Counted from the stretch's first letter, positions 29,396 to 42,561 are shown. The stretch is 52,189 nt of DNA from an uncultured Lachnospiraceae bacterium (GCA_937872845.1 CALMUC010000254.1:1-52189), one strand, 5' to 3'. The notes: generated by a model from the sequence alone, not told the origin. A program made the numbers and translations.

Positions 29396-31207
29396 TTACA
29401 ATATATTCCCAACATAAACATTCAAATCATCTATAGGTGATGTTTCATAATAATTTGCATACATAGCTTTTCTCATTCCGCCTGGATTATTTGTAAGTAT
29501 TGCGTCAACACCCATTATCATAAATTTATGCAGATTTTCCTCATCATTCACGTTCCAGACATAGATTTCCTTTCCTTCTTTATGTACATTAACAACATCA
29601 GAATTTTTTACATATCCGGCCTTTATATTATATCCATCTGCGCTTTTAAGATTCTGAAAATTCCCCATTGCTACCGCCATTACATATATCGTTTTTATGT
29701 TTTTATTCATTTTTTTCACCTTTGATATGCTGTGATAGCTGAGAGACTGCACTACACATTGTGAAGTATAATCATGTTTTTCTATGATTTTTACAACTTT
29801 CTCTTCCAGATCTGTATCTCTCGAATCAGGTTTCAATTCAATACACATTTTTGCACGATTTCCCACAAGTTCTATTGTCTCATCAAGCGTCGGCACTTTT
29901 TCTGCATAATATCTGTCACCAAAGTATGCACCTGCACTGTATTTTTCGATTTCAGCATATGTCATATTTTTTACTTTTTTATTAACACCACAGGTACGTT
30001 TAAGGTTATCATCATGTATTACAACTATTACTCCATCCTTAGTTTCATGGCAATCAAGTTCAACCATATCTGCACCATTTTCAATTGCTTTGTCAAATGC
30101 AGCAAGTGTATTTTCAGGTGCATTTTCCGAATCTCCACGATGTGCTATTATTTTAAACTGATGTTCTGTTCCAGAATTCAAATGTATAACTCCTGACTCT
30201 GATAATAACAAAAATGAAAAATTAAGAACAATTGCCATAGCAACTGTCATAACTACTCCTGCTCGTTCTCTCATTCTGTCTTTTTTCGGATCATAATTTT
30301 CTTCAAAATCAATATTAGTAGTATTTTCAGGTTCTGGAACAATATTATAATATGTATTACATAAATATGAATATATAAGAGGCATAGCTATTAAAGCAAA
30401 TATTGCCGAAATCACGGTAACAGCTATTTCAAAAAGTGTTCCTGTTGTCTTTCCAAACGCCGGAATATCAAGAACAAATTTAAGAACAGGTCCCGTCAGA
30501 ATTTTCCTTATAATAACCGCTGATGATATCAATGTAACAGACCAGATAACTGAACCCATACCGTTAAATTTATGTGTGCTTCTGTCTAGTTCGTGAACCC
30601 GTTTTAAAGCATCCGTAAATTTTATTTTTTCTTTTGTAAATATATGAATTGCAAGTGTATATCGAAATGAAAATATTGCCATAATCACATAACTGACAAT
30701 CATTCCTCGCGCCAGAATTTTATTTGACATGATAAAGTCTGTAAAATAATAAGGCAATCCTAAATTAAAGAACTTAAATTCAAGAACAAATGTTCCAAAT
30801 ACGGGAATATAAAACGGAATGAAAATTAAAAGAAGAATATTTTTAGGATGAAATATTCTGGCAGCATTGGCAAACCCTTTTATCAGCATCTTGAATGCCC
30901 CAGTTTTTTCCATACGATTTGTCCTGTCATATGAAACACTTATTGCTGACACTTCAATCAACATATAAAATACAATAAGCAATAGAATAAGTGCCATGTA
31001 CAAATAAGTTGTTGGCGCACGAAAAAAGCGCCGCATATTTTCTTTCGAAAGATATTCTATACCAGCGCCACGAATTGCAAGATTCAATATTCCATAATAA
31101 GCAGGTACGAGAGCCACTGCTGCCATAATTTTCAGCAGCAGCTCAAACGTAACTGTCCTGAACAGATTAAATCTATATAGTTTAATGCTGTCCTTTATAC
31201 TTTTCAT
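29396..31207 (-). CDS. Membrane-bound glycerophosphodiester phosphodiesterase
   Basis: Multi-TM N-terminus; IIAHRG...PENTL, ELD, HD, IELK and W.VN motifs. Confidence 0.9.
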   Translation of the reverse strand: MKSIKDSIKLYRFNLFRTVTFELLLKIMAAVALVPAYYGILNLAIRGAGIEYLSKENMRRFFRAPTTYLYMALILLLIVFYMLIEVSAISVSYDRTNRMEKTGAFKMLIKGFANAARIFHPKNILLLIFIPFYIPVFGTFVLEFKFFNLGLPYYFTDFIMSNKILARGMIVSYVIMAIFSFRYTLAIHIFTKEKIKFTDALKRVHELDRSTHKFNGMGSVIWSVTLISSAVIIRKILTGPVLKFVLDIPAFGKTTGTLFEIAVTVISAIFALIAMPLIYSYLCNTYYNIVPEPENTTNIDFEENYDPKKDRMRERAGVVMTVAMAIVLNFSFLLLSESGVIHLNSGTEHQFKIIAHRGDSENAPENTLAAFDKAIENGADMVELDCHETKDGVIVVIHDDNLKRTCGVNKKVKNMTYAEIEKYSAGAYFGDRYYAEKVPTLDETIELVGNRAKMCIELKPDSRDTDLEEKVVKIIEKHDYTSQCVVQSLSYHSISKVKKMNKNIKTIYVMAVAMGNFQNLKSADGYNIKAGYVKNSDVVNVHKEGKEIYVWNVNDEENLHKFMIMGVDAILTNNPGGMRKAMYANYYETSPIDDLNVYVGNIL

Positions 31208-31225
31208 AAAATCTGTATCCCTTCC

Positions 31226-32251
31226 CTACAGAAGCATCATTGCATCTCCAAACGAAAAGAACCGATACTTCTCATCAACTGCCTTTTTATAAGCTGAAAG
31301 AACTTTTTCTCTATCATAAAATGCCGAAACAAGCATTATAAGTGTTGATTCCGGAAGATGAAAATTCGTTATAAGATGATCCACCATCTTATATTTATAT
31401 CCTGGATAAATGTAAATCTGTGTCCACCCGCTGCATGGCTCTATTGTTCCATCTTCTTTACCTGCGGTTTCAAGCGTTCTGACACTTGTTGTTCCAACCG
31501 CAATAATCTTACCACCATGTGCTTTTGTTTCATTTATTGTTTTAGCTGCCTCTTCAGGAACAATATAATACTCACTATGCATTTCATGATTCTCTATATC
31601 CTTTTCCTTTACAGGCCGAAATGTTCCTAGTCCGACGTGAAGTGTAAGACGCGCAATTTTTATTCCTTTTTTCTCTATTCTTTCAAGAAGCTCGTTTGTA
31701 AAATGAAGTCCTGCTGTCGGCGCAGCTGCAGATCCTTCATGTTCAGCATAAACTGTCTGATACATATTTTTATCCTTCAGCTTATGCTTTATGTATGGCG
31801 GAAGCGGCATTTCCCCAAGTTTATCAAGGATTTCTTCCCAGATACCATCATATTCAAATTTCACAAGACGATTACCGTCAGAAACAACTTCCATTACTTC
31901 CGCCTTCAAAAGTCCATCTCCAAAATCAACTCTTGCTCCGACTTTCATTTTTTTTCCAGGTCTTACAAGTGTCTCCCAGACATTATTACCTTTATTCTGC
32001 AGCAACAGTACTTCTACATTAGCTCCTGTCTCTTCTTTTACCCCAAGAAGACGCGCTGGAATTACTTTTGTATCATTAACAACAAGACAATCTCCCGGAT
32101 TAAGATAATCAATCACATCAGAAAATATCTTATCTTCTATTTCGTCTGTATCCCTGTGTATTACCATAAGTCTTGAATCATCACGCTTTTCAAGCGGATC
32201 CTGAGCAATAAGCTCCGTTGGAAGATCATAATCAAAATCAGTTAACTCCAT
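31226..32251 (-). CDS. queA: S-adenosylmethionine:tRNA ribosyltransferase-isomerase
   Basis: [25 protein letters not shown] and [10 protein letters not shown] motifs. Confidence 0.96.
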   Translation of the reverse strand: MELTDFDYDLPTELIAQDPLEKRDDSRLMVIHRDTDEIEDKIFSDVIDYLNPGDCLVVNDTKVIPARLLGVKEETGANVEVLLLQNKGNNVWETLVRPGKKMKVGARVDFGDGLLKAEVMEVVSDGNRLVKFEYDGIWEEILDKLGEMPLPPYIKHKLKDKNMYQTVYAEHEGSAAAPTAGLHFTNELLERIEKKGIKIARLTLHVGLGTFRPVKEKDIENHEMHSEYYIVPEEAAKTINETKAHGGKIIAVGTTSVRTLETAGKEDGTIEPCSGWTQIYIYPGYKYKMVDHLITNFHLPESTLIMLVSAFYDREKVLSAYKKAVDEKYRFFSFGDAMMLL

Positions 32252-32276
32252 TTATAAAGCTTCCTTTCATTTTTTG

Positions 32277-34709
32277 TTAAGCACGAATTTCAATACCGGC
32301 ATCTGAAAGCTTACCAAGCATCTTTTCTAAAATCGGTTTCAGTTCTTCATCCTTAAGCGTATGATCTGCGGCGCGAAAATATAATGAAAATGCAACTGAT
32401 TTTTTGCCTTCTGCCACCTGGTCTCCTTCATAAACATCAAACACTTCAAGTGTTTCAAGCATTTTACCTGCAGAGGCACGAATGATCTTTTCAATATCGC
32501 CAACATAAACATCCCTGTCACATACCAGAGCCAGGTCTCTTGTCATACCTGGAAATTTAGCTATACTTGTATATTTTATATCGGATTTTGAAAGCATTGA
32601 TACAATATCCATATTAAGAACCGCAATATAGACATCGCCCTTCATCCCGTAATTTGTGACAACTTCAGGATGAACCTGTCCTAAATATCCGAGTGAAAGT
32701 TTACCTTTTTTCACATTTGCCTGTCTGCCCGGGTGAAGAAAAGGATGTTCTACTGTTGGTACAAAATCTACATCTCCAAGAAAATTCATTTCGTCAAATA
32801 TTTCTTCAAGAACACCTTTCATCGTGAAGAAATCTCCCTTGCCATAGAACCCGAATGCCATACGTACTTTTTCATCCGGAAGTTCTGTAACAGGAATTTC
32901 GTGTGGCAGATAAACTTTTGCAAGTTCAAACAGCCTTACGTCCTTATTACGACGATTGAAATTTGTTGAAAGCGACTGCAGCAGTCCATTCAGTGGAAGT
33001 GTACGCATTATACTGAAATCTTCTCCAAGAGGATTGCTGATCCTTACTGCCTTTCTTGCCGGATGATCCTCTGGAATAAGAAGCTTGTCATAAACTTTAG
33101 GACTTTCAAATGAATATGCCATAGCCTGAGAAAATCCATTTTCTTCTGCAATTTCCTCTGTCAGTCTGTTTATTGATTCCTCATATGATATTCCGCCAAT
33201 TCCAGCCGTAACTTTAGGCAGTGTAGGAACAATCTTATCATATCCATAAATACGTCCGACTTCTTCTGCCAGATCGGCCATACAATGCAGATCCTGACGA
33301 AATGTCGGTATTGTAAGTGTATTATCTTCTTTATTATATATAAGTCCAAGTCTGTCAAATATATGAAGCATCTGCTGAACTGGCACTTCTTCTCCAAGCA
33401 GTGTATTCATCTTTTCAGGTTCAAATGGCAGCTTCCACGAATTTACAGGATCCGGATATATATCAACTTCGCCCTGAAGAACTTCTCCTGCACCCATTTC
33501 TTCAACAAGCTGGCATGCACGATCAATAGCTTCCTTTGCAAGATTAGGATCAAGTCCCTTTTCAAATTTTCCGGCAGCATCTGTACGAAGTCCAAGACGT
33601 CTCTCTGAAAGACGAATATTTGTTCCGTCAAATGTAGCCGCTTCAAAAAGCAGTGTACTTATATCGTCTGTGACCATTGAATTCTGACCACCCATTATTC
33701 CTGCAATTCCTATCTCTTTTTCAGAGTCACAAATCATCAATGTATTGTGATCCAATTTTCTTTTCTGACCATCAAGAGTAGTAAATTCATCTTCATCTTC
33801 TGCACGCTTGACGATTATCTTATTTCCCTTAATTGTTTCAAGATCATATGCATGCATTGGCTGCCCATATTCTTCCATGACATAATTTGTAATATCTACA
33901 ATATTATTTATGGAACGAATTCCCTGGGCACGAAGGCGGTCAACCATCCATTTAGGCGATGGTCCAAGTTTAATATTCTTTACTATTCTTGCAATATAAC
34001 GTTTACATAAATCAGTATCTTCAACAACTACAGATATATTATCAGATGTTTTTTCATTTCCCTCAGCTTTAACGCTGACAACCGGTGGTACAAAATCAAG
34101 ATCAAATGTCGCTGCCGCTTCTCTTGCCATTCCAAGAATTGAAAAGCAATCAACTCTGTTTGATGTTATTTCATATTCTACATTTGTATCATGCATTCCA
34201 AGTGCTTCAACAGCATCATCACCAGGTTTTATGTCCGCACGATTATTAAAAATGTAAATACCATCAACAGGAGCATCCTGATAAAGTTCCCGTGTCGATC
34301 CAAGCTCTTCTATTGCACACATCATACCATTCGAAGGGACTCCACGAAGTTTTCCGTTCTTAATCTTTATACCGTCTGCCGGTGGTTCACTGCCATCATG
34401 TCCTCCCGCGACACGTCCTCCATCAAGAACAGCAGGTACAAGTGCGCCTACATAAAGATTAGATGCGCCTGTAACTATCTGTATTGGTTCAGCCTCTCCA
34501 ACATCAACCTTACATATTACCAGATGATCTGCATCAGGATGCGGATCAATAGAAAGTACCTTTCCAACAACTATTTTTTTCAGATTCTTATCAAACTGAT
34601 TAAAATTTTCAACATGTGATCCTGTCAGTGTAATCTTATCAACAAACTCCTGAGGCTGTACTTCAAGTTCAGGTACATATGCTTTTATCCATGAAATAGG
34701 TGTATTCAT
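32277..34709 (-). CDS. pheT: Phenylalanine-tRNA ligase beta subunit
   Basis: HPDAD, ITSNRVDC, GQPMHAYD, EEVGRIYGY and FDVY.G motifs; 810 aa, directly after pheS. Confidence 0.96.
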   Translation of the reverse strand: MNTPISWIKAYVPELEVQPQEFVDKITLTGSHVENFNQFDKNLKKIVVGKVLSIDPHPDADHLVICKVDVGEAEPIQIVTGASNLYVGALVPAVLDGGRVAGGHDGSEPPADGIKIKNGKLRGVPSNGMMCAIEELGSTRELYQDAPVDGIYIFNNRADIKPGDDAVEALGMHDTNVEYEITSNRVDCFSILGMAREAAATFDLDFVPPVVSVKAEGNEKTSDNISVVVEDTDLCKRYIARIVKNIKLGPSPKWMVDRLRAQGIRSINNIVDITNYVMEEYGQPMHAYDLETIKGNKIIVKRAEDEDEFTTLDGQKRKLDHNTLMICDSEKEIGIAGIMGGQNSMVTDDISTLLFEAATFDGTNIRLSERRLGLRTDAAGKFEKGLDPNLAKEAIDRACQLVEEMGAGEVLQGEVDIYPDPVNSWKLPFEPEKMNTLLGEEVPVQQMLHIFDRLGLIYNKEDNTLTIPTFRQDLHCMADLAEEVGRIYGYDKIVPTLPKVTAGIGGISYEESINRLTEEIAEENGFSQAMAYSFESPKVYDKLLIPEDHPARKAVRISNPLGEDFSIMRTLPLNGLLQSLSTNFNRRNKDVRLFELAKVYLPHEIPVTELPDEKVRMAFGFYGKGDFFTMKGVLEEIFDEMNFLGDVDFVPTVEHPFLHPGRQANVKKGKLSLGYLGQVHPEVVTNYGMKGDVYIAVLNMDIVSMLSKSDIKYTSIAKFPGMTRDLALVCDRDVYVGDIEKIIRASAGKMLETLEVFDVYEGDQVAEGKKSVAFSLYFRAADHTLKDEELKPILEKMLGKLSDAGIEIRA

Positions 34710-34748
34710 AGTTTTTCTCCTTTTTTCTTACTATATTTTCACAATTAT

Positions 34749-35768
34749 TTAGAACTGGCTGAGAAAACGTACATCGTTTTCATAAAGGAGACGCATATCA
34801 TCAATTTCATATTTGAGAAGTGCTACACGCTCAAGTCCGATTCCAAAAGCAAATCCTGAATAAACATACGGGTCTATACCGCACATTTCAAGAACATGCG
34901 GATGAACCATACCGCATCCAAGTATCTCTATCCATCCTGATCCTTTGCAGACATTGCATCCTTTGCCATGACATTTAAAACATGTCACATCAACCTCTGC
35001 CGATGGTTCTGTAAACGGAAAATGATGCGGCCGAAGTTTTGTCTTTGTATCATTGCCAAAAAACTTCCTGGCAAACTGATCTAGCGTTCCCTTAAGATCT
35101 GCCATTGTCACACCTTTGCCGACAACGAGTCCTTCTACCTGATGAAATGAAGGTGAATGTGTTGCATCAACTTCATCCGCACGAAATACACGTCCCGGAG
35201 AAATTATTTTTATAGGAAGTTCTCCTTTTTCCATTATTCTTGCCTGTACAGATGATGTCTGCGTCCTGAGCAAAATGTCTTTTGTTATATAGAAAGTATC
35301 CTGTTCATCCTTTGCAGGATGATTAGCCGGAATATTGAGAAGTTCAAAATTATATTTATCATATTCCACTTCAGGTCCGTCAACAACTTCATAACCCATT
35401 CCGATAAATACACGTTCAAGATCTTCAAGTGCAACCTGATTAGGATGTTTCGATCCACGTATTGAACGTGTTCCCGGAAGCGTTACATCAATAGTTTCTC
35501 TCTTCATCTTAGCGCTGAGAATATCATGCTTCAATGCTGCCTTTTGTTCATTCAGCTTATCTTCAATGGCACTGCGAACTTCATTTACTTTCTGTCCAAC
35601 CTTCGGGCGCTCTTCCGGTGCCAGATCTTTCATACTCTTTAGTATCTGAGTGAGTTCACCCTTCTTTCCAAGGACAGCAACCTTAATCTCATCAAGTGCA
35701 ACAAGATCTTTTGCCTCAGCAATTTTTGTCTCAGCCTCTTCCTTGATTTCCTTCAGGCTCTTTGCCAT
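34749..35768 (-). CDS. pheS: Phenylalanine-tRNA ligase alpha subunit
   Basis: HPAKDEQDTFY, LRTQTS, FHQVEG, FPFTEPS and GFAFG motifs. Confidence 0.97.
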   Translation of the reverse strand: MAKSLKEIKEEAETKIAEAKDLVALDEIKVAVLGKKGELTQILKSMKDLAPEERPKVGQKVNEVRSAIEDKLNEQKAALKHDILSAKMKRETIDVTLPGTRSIRGSKHPNQVALEDLERVFIGMGYEVVDGPEVEYDKYNFELLNIPANHPAKDEQDTFYITKDILLRTQTSSVQARIMEKGELPIKIISPGRVFRADEVDATHSPSFHQVEGLVVGKGVTMADLKGTLDQFARKFFGNDTKTKLRPHHFPFTEPSAEVDVTCFKCHGKGCNVCKGSGWIEILGCGMVHPHVLEMCGIDPYVYSGFAFGIGLERVALLKYEIDDMRLLYENDVRFLSQF

Positions 35769-35804
35769 AGTTTATTTCCTCCTAAAATTTTATTATATTC
35801 TTGT

Positions 35805-36060
35805 AAAAAAAAACCTCTCCTGCAGATTATGCAGAAGAGGGACGAAATTTCAATTACGCGGTACCACCCTGATTTTCATGCTTTCGCATGACTCTCATTT
35901 CCTTTAACGCAGGATTACGATTCTTTCTACTCTATTTCAAAAGAACAGCTCCGGTATGAACATTTCAGCAAGTGCAAATCTATAACAGGGTTCTCAGCCG
36001 GTGACCCCATTTCTCTGTCAGCTGCATTCTTACTCTTTATAATACCTTCTCAGCATTTAT
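35805..36060 (-). ncRNA. T-box riboswitch (Phe) leader of pheST
   Basis: Stem I AGAGA and GCTGAG motifs; specifier UUC (35958-35960); T-box AGGGTGGTACCGCG; terminator CCTCTTCTGCA/TGCAGGAGAGG plus U-tract. Promoter TTGACT-17-TAAATT at 36110-36082. Confidence 0.93.
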
Positions 36061-36147
36061 CTTATTCTTTTATCATTTCTTAATTTAACAACAGAAACGC
36101 AGTTAGTCAAGTTATTTTTGTTATTTTTATATTGCTATTATGATACA

Positions 36148-37077
36148 TCATTTTTCATCTATAACGGAAATACCCTTTTCATAAAGCATTTCAGGCTGGT
36201 ATGACATCTTTGACATTCTTAGTCCATCAACACCCAGATCTTCCTCTCGATTCACATAGATATACCCTTGTGGTTCTATAACCTTTGAAACATACTCCCT
36301 GCATATCATAGGATATGCTCCCTGCACAGATTCTACCGCTTTTTCAAAATGTACCACATAAGTATCCTTTGTAAGCGGCTCCCCTATCGTAAATGCCACA
36401 GCCTTTTCCCTTGCCATAAGAACTCCGCCGGTAAGTCCCAATTCTTTCATGTGGTCAAGAGCATATGAAATTGCTCTCTCTTCATAATCTGCCTCATTTT
36501 CAAGTTTCTGTTCTTCATTAACATTTTTACTCTCATCGATATCACTATTCCATCTATCCTCAAGTCGAAGGCAGTACTTTTTATTTTCATCTGTTATCGG
36601 TTCGAATGTATAATCTGGAAATTCTTCAATAAAGTGGTTACAGTGGTTTTTCTTCGAATGAAGTTTTCTTCCTGAAAAAGTCGAAAGTTTTTCAGCAAGA
36701 TAAATATAATCTGCATTATTTCTGTCATATATTATTTTGAATTTTCCGGGATACCATTCATTCAGCTTTGCTTCTATATCTTTAGTTACATTCATAAAGC
36801 AGGCATTTTTTCCTTTATCAGAAAAAAACTTCATAAGCATTTCAACTGCGTCATAAATATTATTTTCTTCTCCAACGGGAAATGTAACAGCTGCAATCTC
36901 ACCATTTTTCTCCTGCCCTATTACAAATGTATCATTAACAACTGCATAACGATAATGAAAATAGTCCCCCCACAAAACAAGAGTACCGACGCAGAAATCA
37001 CAGCTACGGTACTCATTGTTTTCAAGATATTTTCTTATTTCGTCTGCATTTTTTAACATGGGTTTTATAAACTCCAT
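36148..37077 (-). CDS. DUF2156 / aminoacyl-phosphatidylglycerol synthase C-terminal-like GNAT protein
   Basis: DYIY....L....GRKLHSKKNH, HFEKA and YVNREEDLG..GLR.SK.SY.P motifs. Confidence 0.85.
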   Translation of the reverse strand: MEFIKPMLKNADEIRKYLENNEYRSCDFCVGTLVLWGDYFHYRYAVVNDTFVIGQEKNGEIAAVTFPVGEENNIYDAVEMLMKFFSDKGKNACFMNVTKDIEAKLNEWYPGKFKIIYDRNNADYIYLAEKLSTFSGRKLHSKKNHCNHFIEEFPDYTFEPITDENKKYCLRLEDRWNSDIDESKNVNEEQKLENEADYEERAISYALDHMKELGLTGGVLMAREKAVAFTIGEPLTKDTYVVHFEKAVESVQGAYPMICREYVSKVIEPQGYIYVNREEDLGVDGLRMSKMSYQPEMLYEKGISVIDEK

Positions 37078-37095
37078 AAAAATGCCATTCTCCTT

Positions 37096-38448
<1,353 letters not shown>

Positions 38449-38635
38449 AAAAATCTACCTTCCCTTTCAGAAGACAAAACCCTATCACCAATACTTAGTG
38501 AGTATACTACACTCAAAATGCTTTTTCAAACTGCCTGAAATATAAGTCTTTACAAAGTCTGTTTCATATATAATTTGAACTCTCATTGTTTCAAAACTGC
38601 TTTCTTTTGCTGTTTATACAGTCTGGCACAGTCAT

Positions 38636-39061
38636 TTAAATTATAAAATCATACATTTCTTCTGTGTCTGAGAGATCTTCTATTGTAATCCCCTTAAAAT
38701 AATCAACTATATTTTCGGACAGATCATCCCACATTTTCTGTACCTTTGCCGAAGATGCCGCTGTATCAGTCCGCGATGAATTCAATTCTGCCACCGGTGC
38801 AAGTGTACTTTCTGTACATTCAAGTATTTCATATACTGTATATTTTTCCGGCCGTCTGGAAAGTCTGTATCCTCCACCTTTTCCTCTTAAGGATTCCACC
38901 TTGCCAGTTCTGCTTAAGGCAGCAACTATGCTTTCAAGATATTTTTCAGAAATGTCCTGCCTGTCGGCAATATCTGTCAGCGGTATGAACTCTCCTGAAT
39001 TATGTTCTGCGAGATCTATCATCACGCTTAATGCATATCTTCCCTTTGTTGAAACTAACAT
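38636..39061 (-). CDS. Rrf2-family transcriptional regulator (CymR-like, without the IscR Fe-S Cys triad)
   Basis: STKGRYAL, ISEKYLE and S.RGKGGGY motifs. Confidence 0.88.
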   Translation of the reverse strand: MLVSTKGRYALSVMIDLAEHNSGEFIPLTDIADRQDISEKYLESIVAALSRTGKVESLRGKGGGYRLSRRPEKYTVYEILECTESTLAPVAELNSSRTDTAASSAKVQKMWDDLSENIVDYFKGITIEDLSDTEEMYDFII

Positions 39062-39264
39062 ATCCCCTCCGTAATATTATGTTAATAATATTTTTTTATC
39101 AGCTATTAACTGTTATATTTTGACATTCAAATAATCGAAGGTCAAATGTTTTTTCCGTTTTTTTATATAAATTAACCGCAATAATCAAAACATACTATCT
39201 GCACCTACATTATAATATCATAGGTTTATACAAAATTGATATATTTTTGTATCATTACGTTTAA

Positions 39265-39293
39265 TTGATTCAGAATATCCGCTGTGTTATACT
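39265..39293 (+). promoter_or_regulatory. Sigma-A promoter of gltX
   Basis: TTGATT-17-TATACT with an extended -10 TG. Confidence 0.6.
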
Positions 39294-39410
39294 TTCTCGG
39301 TATTTAAAAACATTGGGAGAGCACACTAAATACCGGCTTACATATCTATACCCTCTCTTATTTATTTTCGTATATCTTCATTTATTTTAATTTATTTTAT
39401 AAAGGAGTCC

Positions 39411-40874
39411 ATGAAAATGTCAAAAATCAGAACACGTTTTGCACCAAGTCCAACAGGCAGAATGCATGTTGGTAATCTAAGAACTGCCCTTTATGCTTAT
39501 CTGATCACACGTCATGCCGGAGGAGATTTTATTCTCAGAATAGAAGACACTGATCAGAATCGTGAAATGGAAGGTGCTGTGGATATTATTTTTAAAACTT
39601 TAAAAGATACCGGCCTTACATGGGATGAAGGTCCTGACATTGGCGGTTCTGTTGGTCCTTACGTTCAATCTGAACGTATGAAATCAGGCATTTACATGCA
39701 ATATGCAAAAGAACTTATTGAAAAAGGCGAGGCCTATTACTGTTTCTGTACTGATGAACGCCTAAAAACTCTTGAGATGGACGTTGATGGCAAAACACTC
39801 TTTCACTATGACAAGCACTGTCTTAATCTATCAAGAGAGGAAATAGAAAATAACCTCTCTTCAGGAATGCCATTTGTAATAAGACAGAATAATCCTACAA
39901 CCGGTGAAACGAATTTTGAAGATGAACTTTACGGAACCATCACCGTTCCAAATGAAGAGCTTGATGATATGATACTTATTAAATCTGATGGCTATCCGAC
40001 ATACAATTTTGCAAATGTTGTAGATGACCACCTCATGGGAATCACTCATGTTGTAAGAGGAAATGAATATCTTTCTTCTTCTCCTAAATATAACCGTTTA
40101 TATGAAGCATTCGGCTGGGAAGTTCCTCACTACATTCACTGTCCTCTTATTACGGATGAAAACCATAATAAACTGTCCAAACGTTCCGGTCATTCATCTT
40201 TTGAAGATTTGCTTGATCAGGGGTTCTTATCTGAAGCTGTTGTAAATTACGTTTCCCTTCTGGGCTGGTGTCCTGATAACAACCGTGAGATTTTCTCTTT
40301 ACCTGAACTCATAGATGCATTTGACTATCACAGAATGTCAAAAGCCCCTTCTGTTTTTGATATCAACAAACTTAAATGGATGAACGGTGAATATATTAAG
40401 AAACTCGATTTTGAAACTTTCTATGAAAAAGCACTCCCTATAATGAAAGAAACTATTCATCGCGATATTGACTTCAAAAAACTTGCTGAAATGGTTCAGT
40501 CACGAATCGAAATCTTTCCTGACATCAAAGATCAGGTTGATTTTATAGATAAAGTTCCTGATTATGACATTTCTCTTTATACACATAAAAAGATGAAAAC
40601 AAACACAGAAAACTCTCTCCGTCTCCTTCAGGAAGTCCGCCCTGTGCTTGCCGAAGAAGACGATTATTCAAATGATGCCCTCTTTGAGCTTTTAAAGAAT
40701 TTCAGTGCTGAACACGAATATAAAACAGGTTTTTCAATGTGGCCTATCCGTACTGCACTTTCCGGAAAGCCGGCAACTCCAGGCGGTGCAACTGCATTAA
40801 TGGAGCTTCTGGGGAAAGATGAATCCATTCGAAGAATAGATTCCGGAATAGAAAAATTAAGCACTGCAAATTAA
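39411..40874 (+). CDS. gltX: Glutamate-tRNA ligase
   Basis: [13 protein letters not shown] (HIGH), LRIEDTD and KLSKR motifs. Confidence 0.96.
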   Translation: MKMSKIRTRFAPSPTGRMHVGNLRTALYAYLITRHAGGDFILRIEDTDQNREMEGAVDIIFKTLKDTGLTWDEGPDIGGSVGPYVQSERMKSGIYMQYAKELIEKGEAYYCFCTDERLKTLEMDVDGKTLFHYDKHCLNLSREEIENNLSSGMPFVIRQNNPTTGETNFEDELYGTITVPNEELDDMILIKSDGYPTYNFANVVDDHLMGITHVVRGNEYLSSSPKYNRLYEAFGWEVPHYIHCPLITDENHNKLSKRSGHSSFEDLLDQGFLSEAVVNYVSLLGWCPDNNREIFSLPELIDAFDYHRMSKAPSVFDINKLKWMNGEYIKKLDFETFYEKALPIMKETIHRDIDFKKLAEMVQSRIEIFPDIKDQVDFIDKVPDYDISLYTHKKMKTNTENSLRLLQEVRPVLAEEDDYSNDALFELLKNFSAEHEYKTGFSMWPIRTALSGKPATPGGATALMELLGKDESIRRIDSGIEKLSTAN

Positions 40875-40903
40875 GCACTATATATTTTGCTCTGCAAATA
40901 AAG

Positions 40904-41002
40904 TGATTTAATTGTTAATATAAGTAAATTTATATTAACAATTAAAATCCCAGAGAATCAGGTGAACATGTAAATATTCATCTGAAATTCTCTGGGATTT
41001 TT
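40904..41002. terminator. Two long hairpins between convergent gltX and the YihY gene
   Basis: gattttaattgttaatataa...ttatattaacaattaaaatc and aaaatcccagagaat...attctctgggatttt. Confidence 0.7.
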
Positions 41003-41021
41003 TATTTTCATCAACATCTTG

Positions 41022-42260
41022 TCATTTACCACTCGCTGCCTGATGTTCTTTCTCATTTTTATGAGCATCTGATCTTTTCGATTTGTATCTTATGCTGTGT
41101 GCCGCCTTTGCTTTTTTCTTTTCAAATGCTCTGAATTCACTTTTTTGCTTTTTAGTAAGCGTTCTCCAATAATCTGTAGCTTCCTGCTGTCTATTCTTTG
41201 CTGCCTCTCTGATAGATACAACTTTATCAACCGCAGCTTCCTCATGTTCTGAAATCTTCTTTTTTACATAGTTCTTTACATCTTCTTCAGTTCCACGATC
41301 TATTTCTTCCTGTACAATTTCTGACGCATAATCGTGACGGATAGGAACAGTTATTTCTTTGGGGTCAAGATTCACTTCCACATCTGAATCATCCCAGACA
41401 TCATCTTCACCATTTCTGTATTTATTTAATTCATATTCCATAGCCCGCTGTTTGCACTGACTTGTATATTCATTTATCTGTGCCCCTACAAACATCATGT
41501 AAATTACAAAATACAGCCAGAACATAAGAAGTATAACCGTAGTAAGTGAACCATACATATATGAACGATTTGCATAATTATCTATATAAAGTGAATATAT
41601 TTTTGTGATTGCTACCCATGTAAATGCTGAAAATAAAGCTCCCGGAACCTGTTCCCGGAATTTTGTCCTTCTCGTCGGTACAATTGTATAAAGGACCCAA
41701 AAAAGAAGGAATAGCAGAACAAACGTTGCCGATGTCCTGAGCCCGTATATAAGAAGTGTTACATTTTCAAAATTCGGAAAACGGGATAATATCCATTTAG
41801 CAATTTGTGTTCCGAACATATTCAAAGGCACAAGTACTACAAGAAGTATCAGAAGTATTGCGGTATAAAATGAACTTATTCCTCGTATTATCACATAATT
41901 ACGGTTTTCTCTAGACCTGTAAACTTCATTAAGTCCATTTCTGATTGCCATAAGTCCTTTTGATGAAGACCAGAGAGCTACCACTATGGAAATTATGGTT
42001 GCAGAACTTGAAGAGCCTTCATATATTTCATTTACAATGTCTTTAACATAACTTTCAAATCGGCTCGGAAGAATATTACATATCATATCTATGATTTCCT
42101 GCTCTGCTATGGGCAGAAAACGTGGAAATGTAATTGCAATTGAAATAAGCGGAAAAAAAGACAAAAAAAGAAAGAATGCAGACTGGGCTGCAAATGCACC
42201 CATGTGTTCATCCTGCGTCTGATTCAGAAAATACATGATATCCTTTATTCTTGCTTTCAA
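41022..42260 (-). CDS. YihY/virulence factor BrkB family membrane protein with an extended charged C-terminal tail
   Basis: AAQSAFFLFLSFFP, LWSSS and YGSL...ILLMFWLY....GAQIN motifs; TTG start. Confidence 0.87.
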   Translation of the reverse strand: MKARIKDIMYFLNQTQDEHMGAFAAQSAFFLFLSFFPLISIAITFPRFLPIAEQEIIDMICNILPSRFESYVKDIVNEIYEGSSSSATIISIVVALWSSSKGLMAIRNGLNEVYRSRENRNYVIIRGISSFYTAILLILLVVLVPLNMFGTQIAKWILSRFPNFENVTLLIYGLRTSATFVLLFLLFWVLYTIVPTRRTKFREQVPGALFSAFTWVAITKIYSLYIDNYANRSYMYGSLTTVILLMFWLYFVIYMMFVGAQINEYTSQCKQRAMEYELNKYRNGEDDVWDDSDVEVNLDPKEITVPIRHDYASEIVQEEIDRGTEEDVKNYVKKKISEHEEAAVDKVVSIREAAKNRQQEATDYWRTLTKKQKSEFRAFEKKKAKAAHSIRYKSKRSDAHKNEKEHQAASGK

Positions 42261-42561
42261 AATAAGTTATTACCCTTTAATACAAATAATTTATATTAAT
42301 TCTAAACATTTTCATATATTTTAAATACCATGCAGTGATTAAAACTGCAGTTTTCCCACCGCCCTATCATACAATGCGGTGGAATTATTCTAACATAATC
42401 TGGATAAAACACAAAAAAAAACATAAAAAACAGTTTTTATATATTCCCTATATACTGGTTTTTCAGTACTGAGATTACATATAAATTCATGCCTGTTTTT
42501 TATGTTTTTCACTTTTTATTTTTTATATCTTTATCTTTTACCTGTAAATTATTCTTTTTAT

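Noticed and set aside
39170..39235. Possible Rrf2/CymR operator (ACCTA...TAGGT) upstream of the regulator
   Set aside because: The symmetry is too short in an AT-rich context to support a call.
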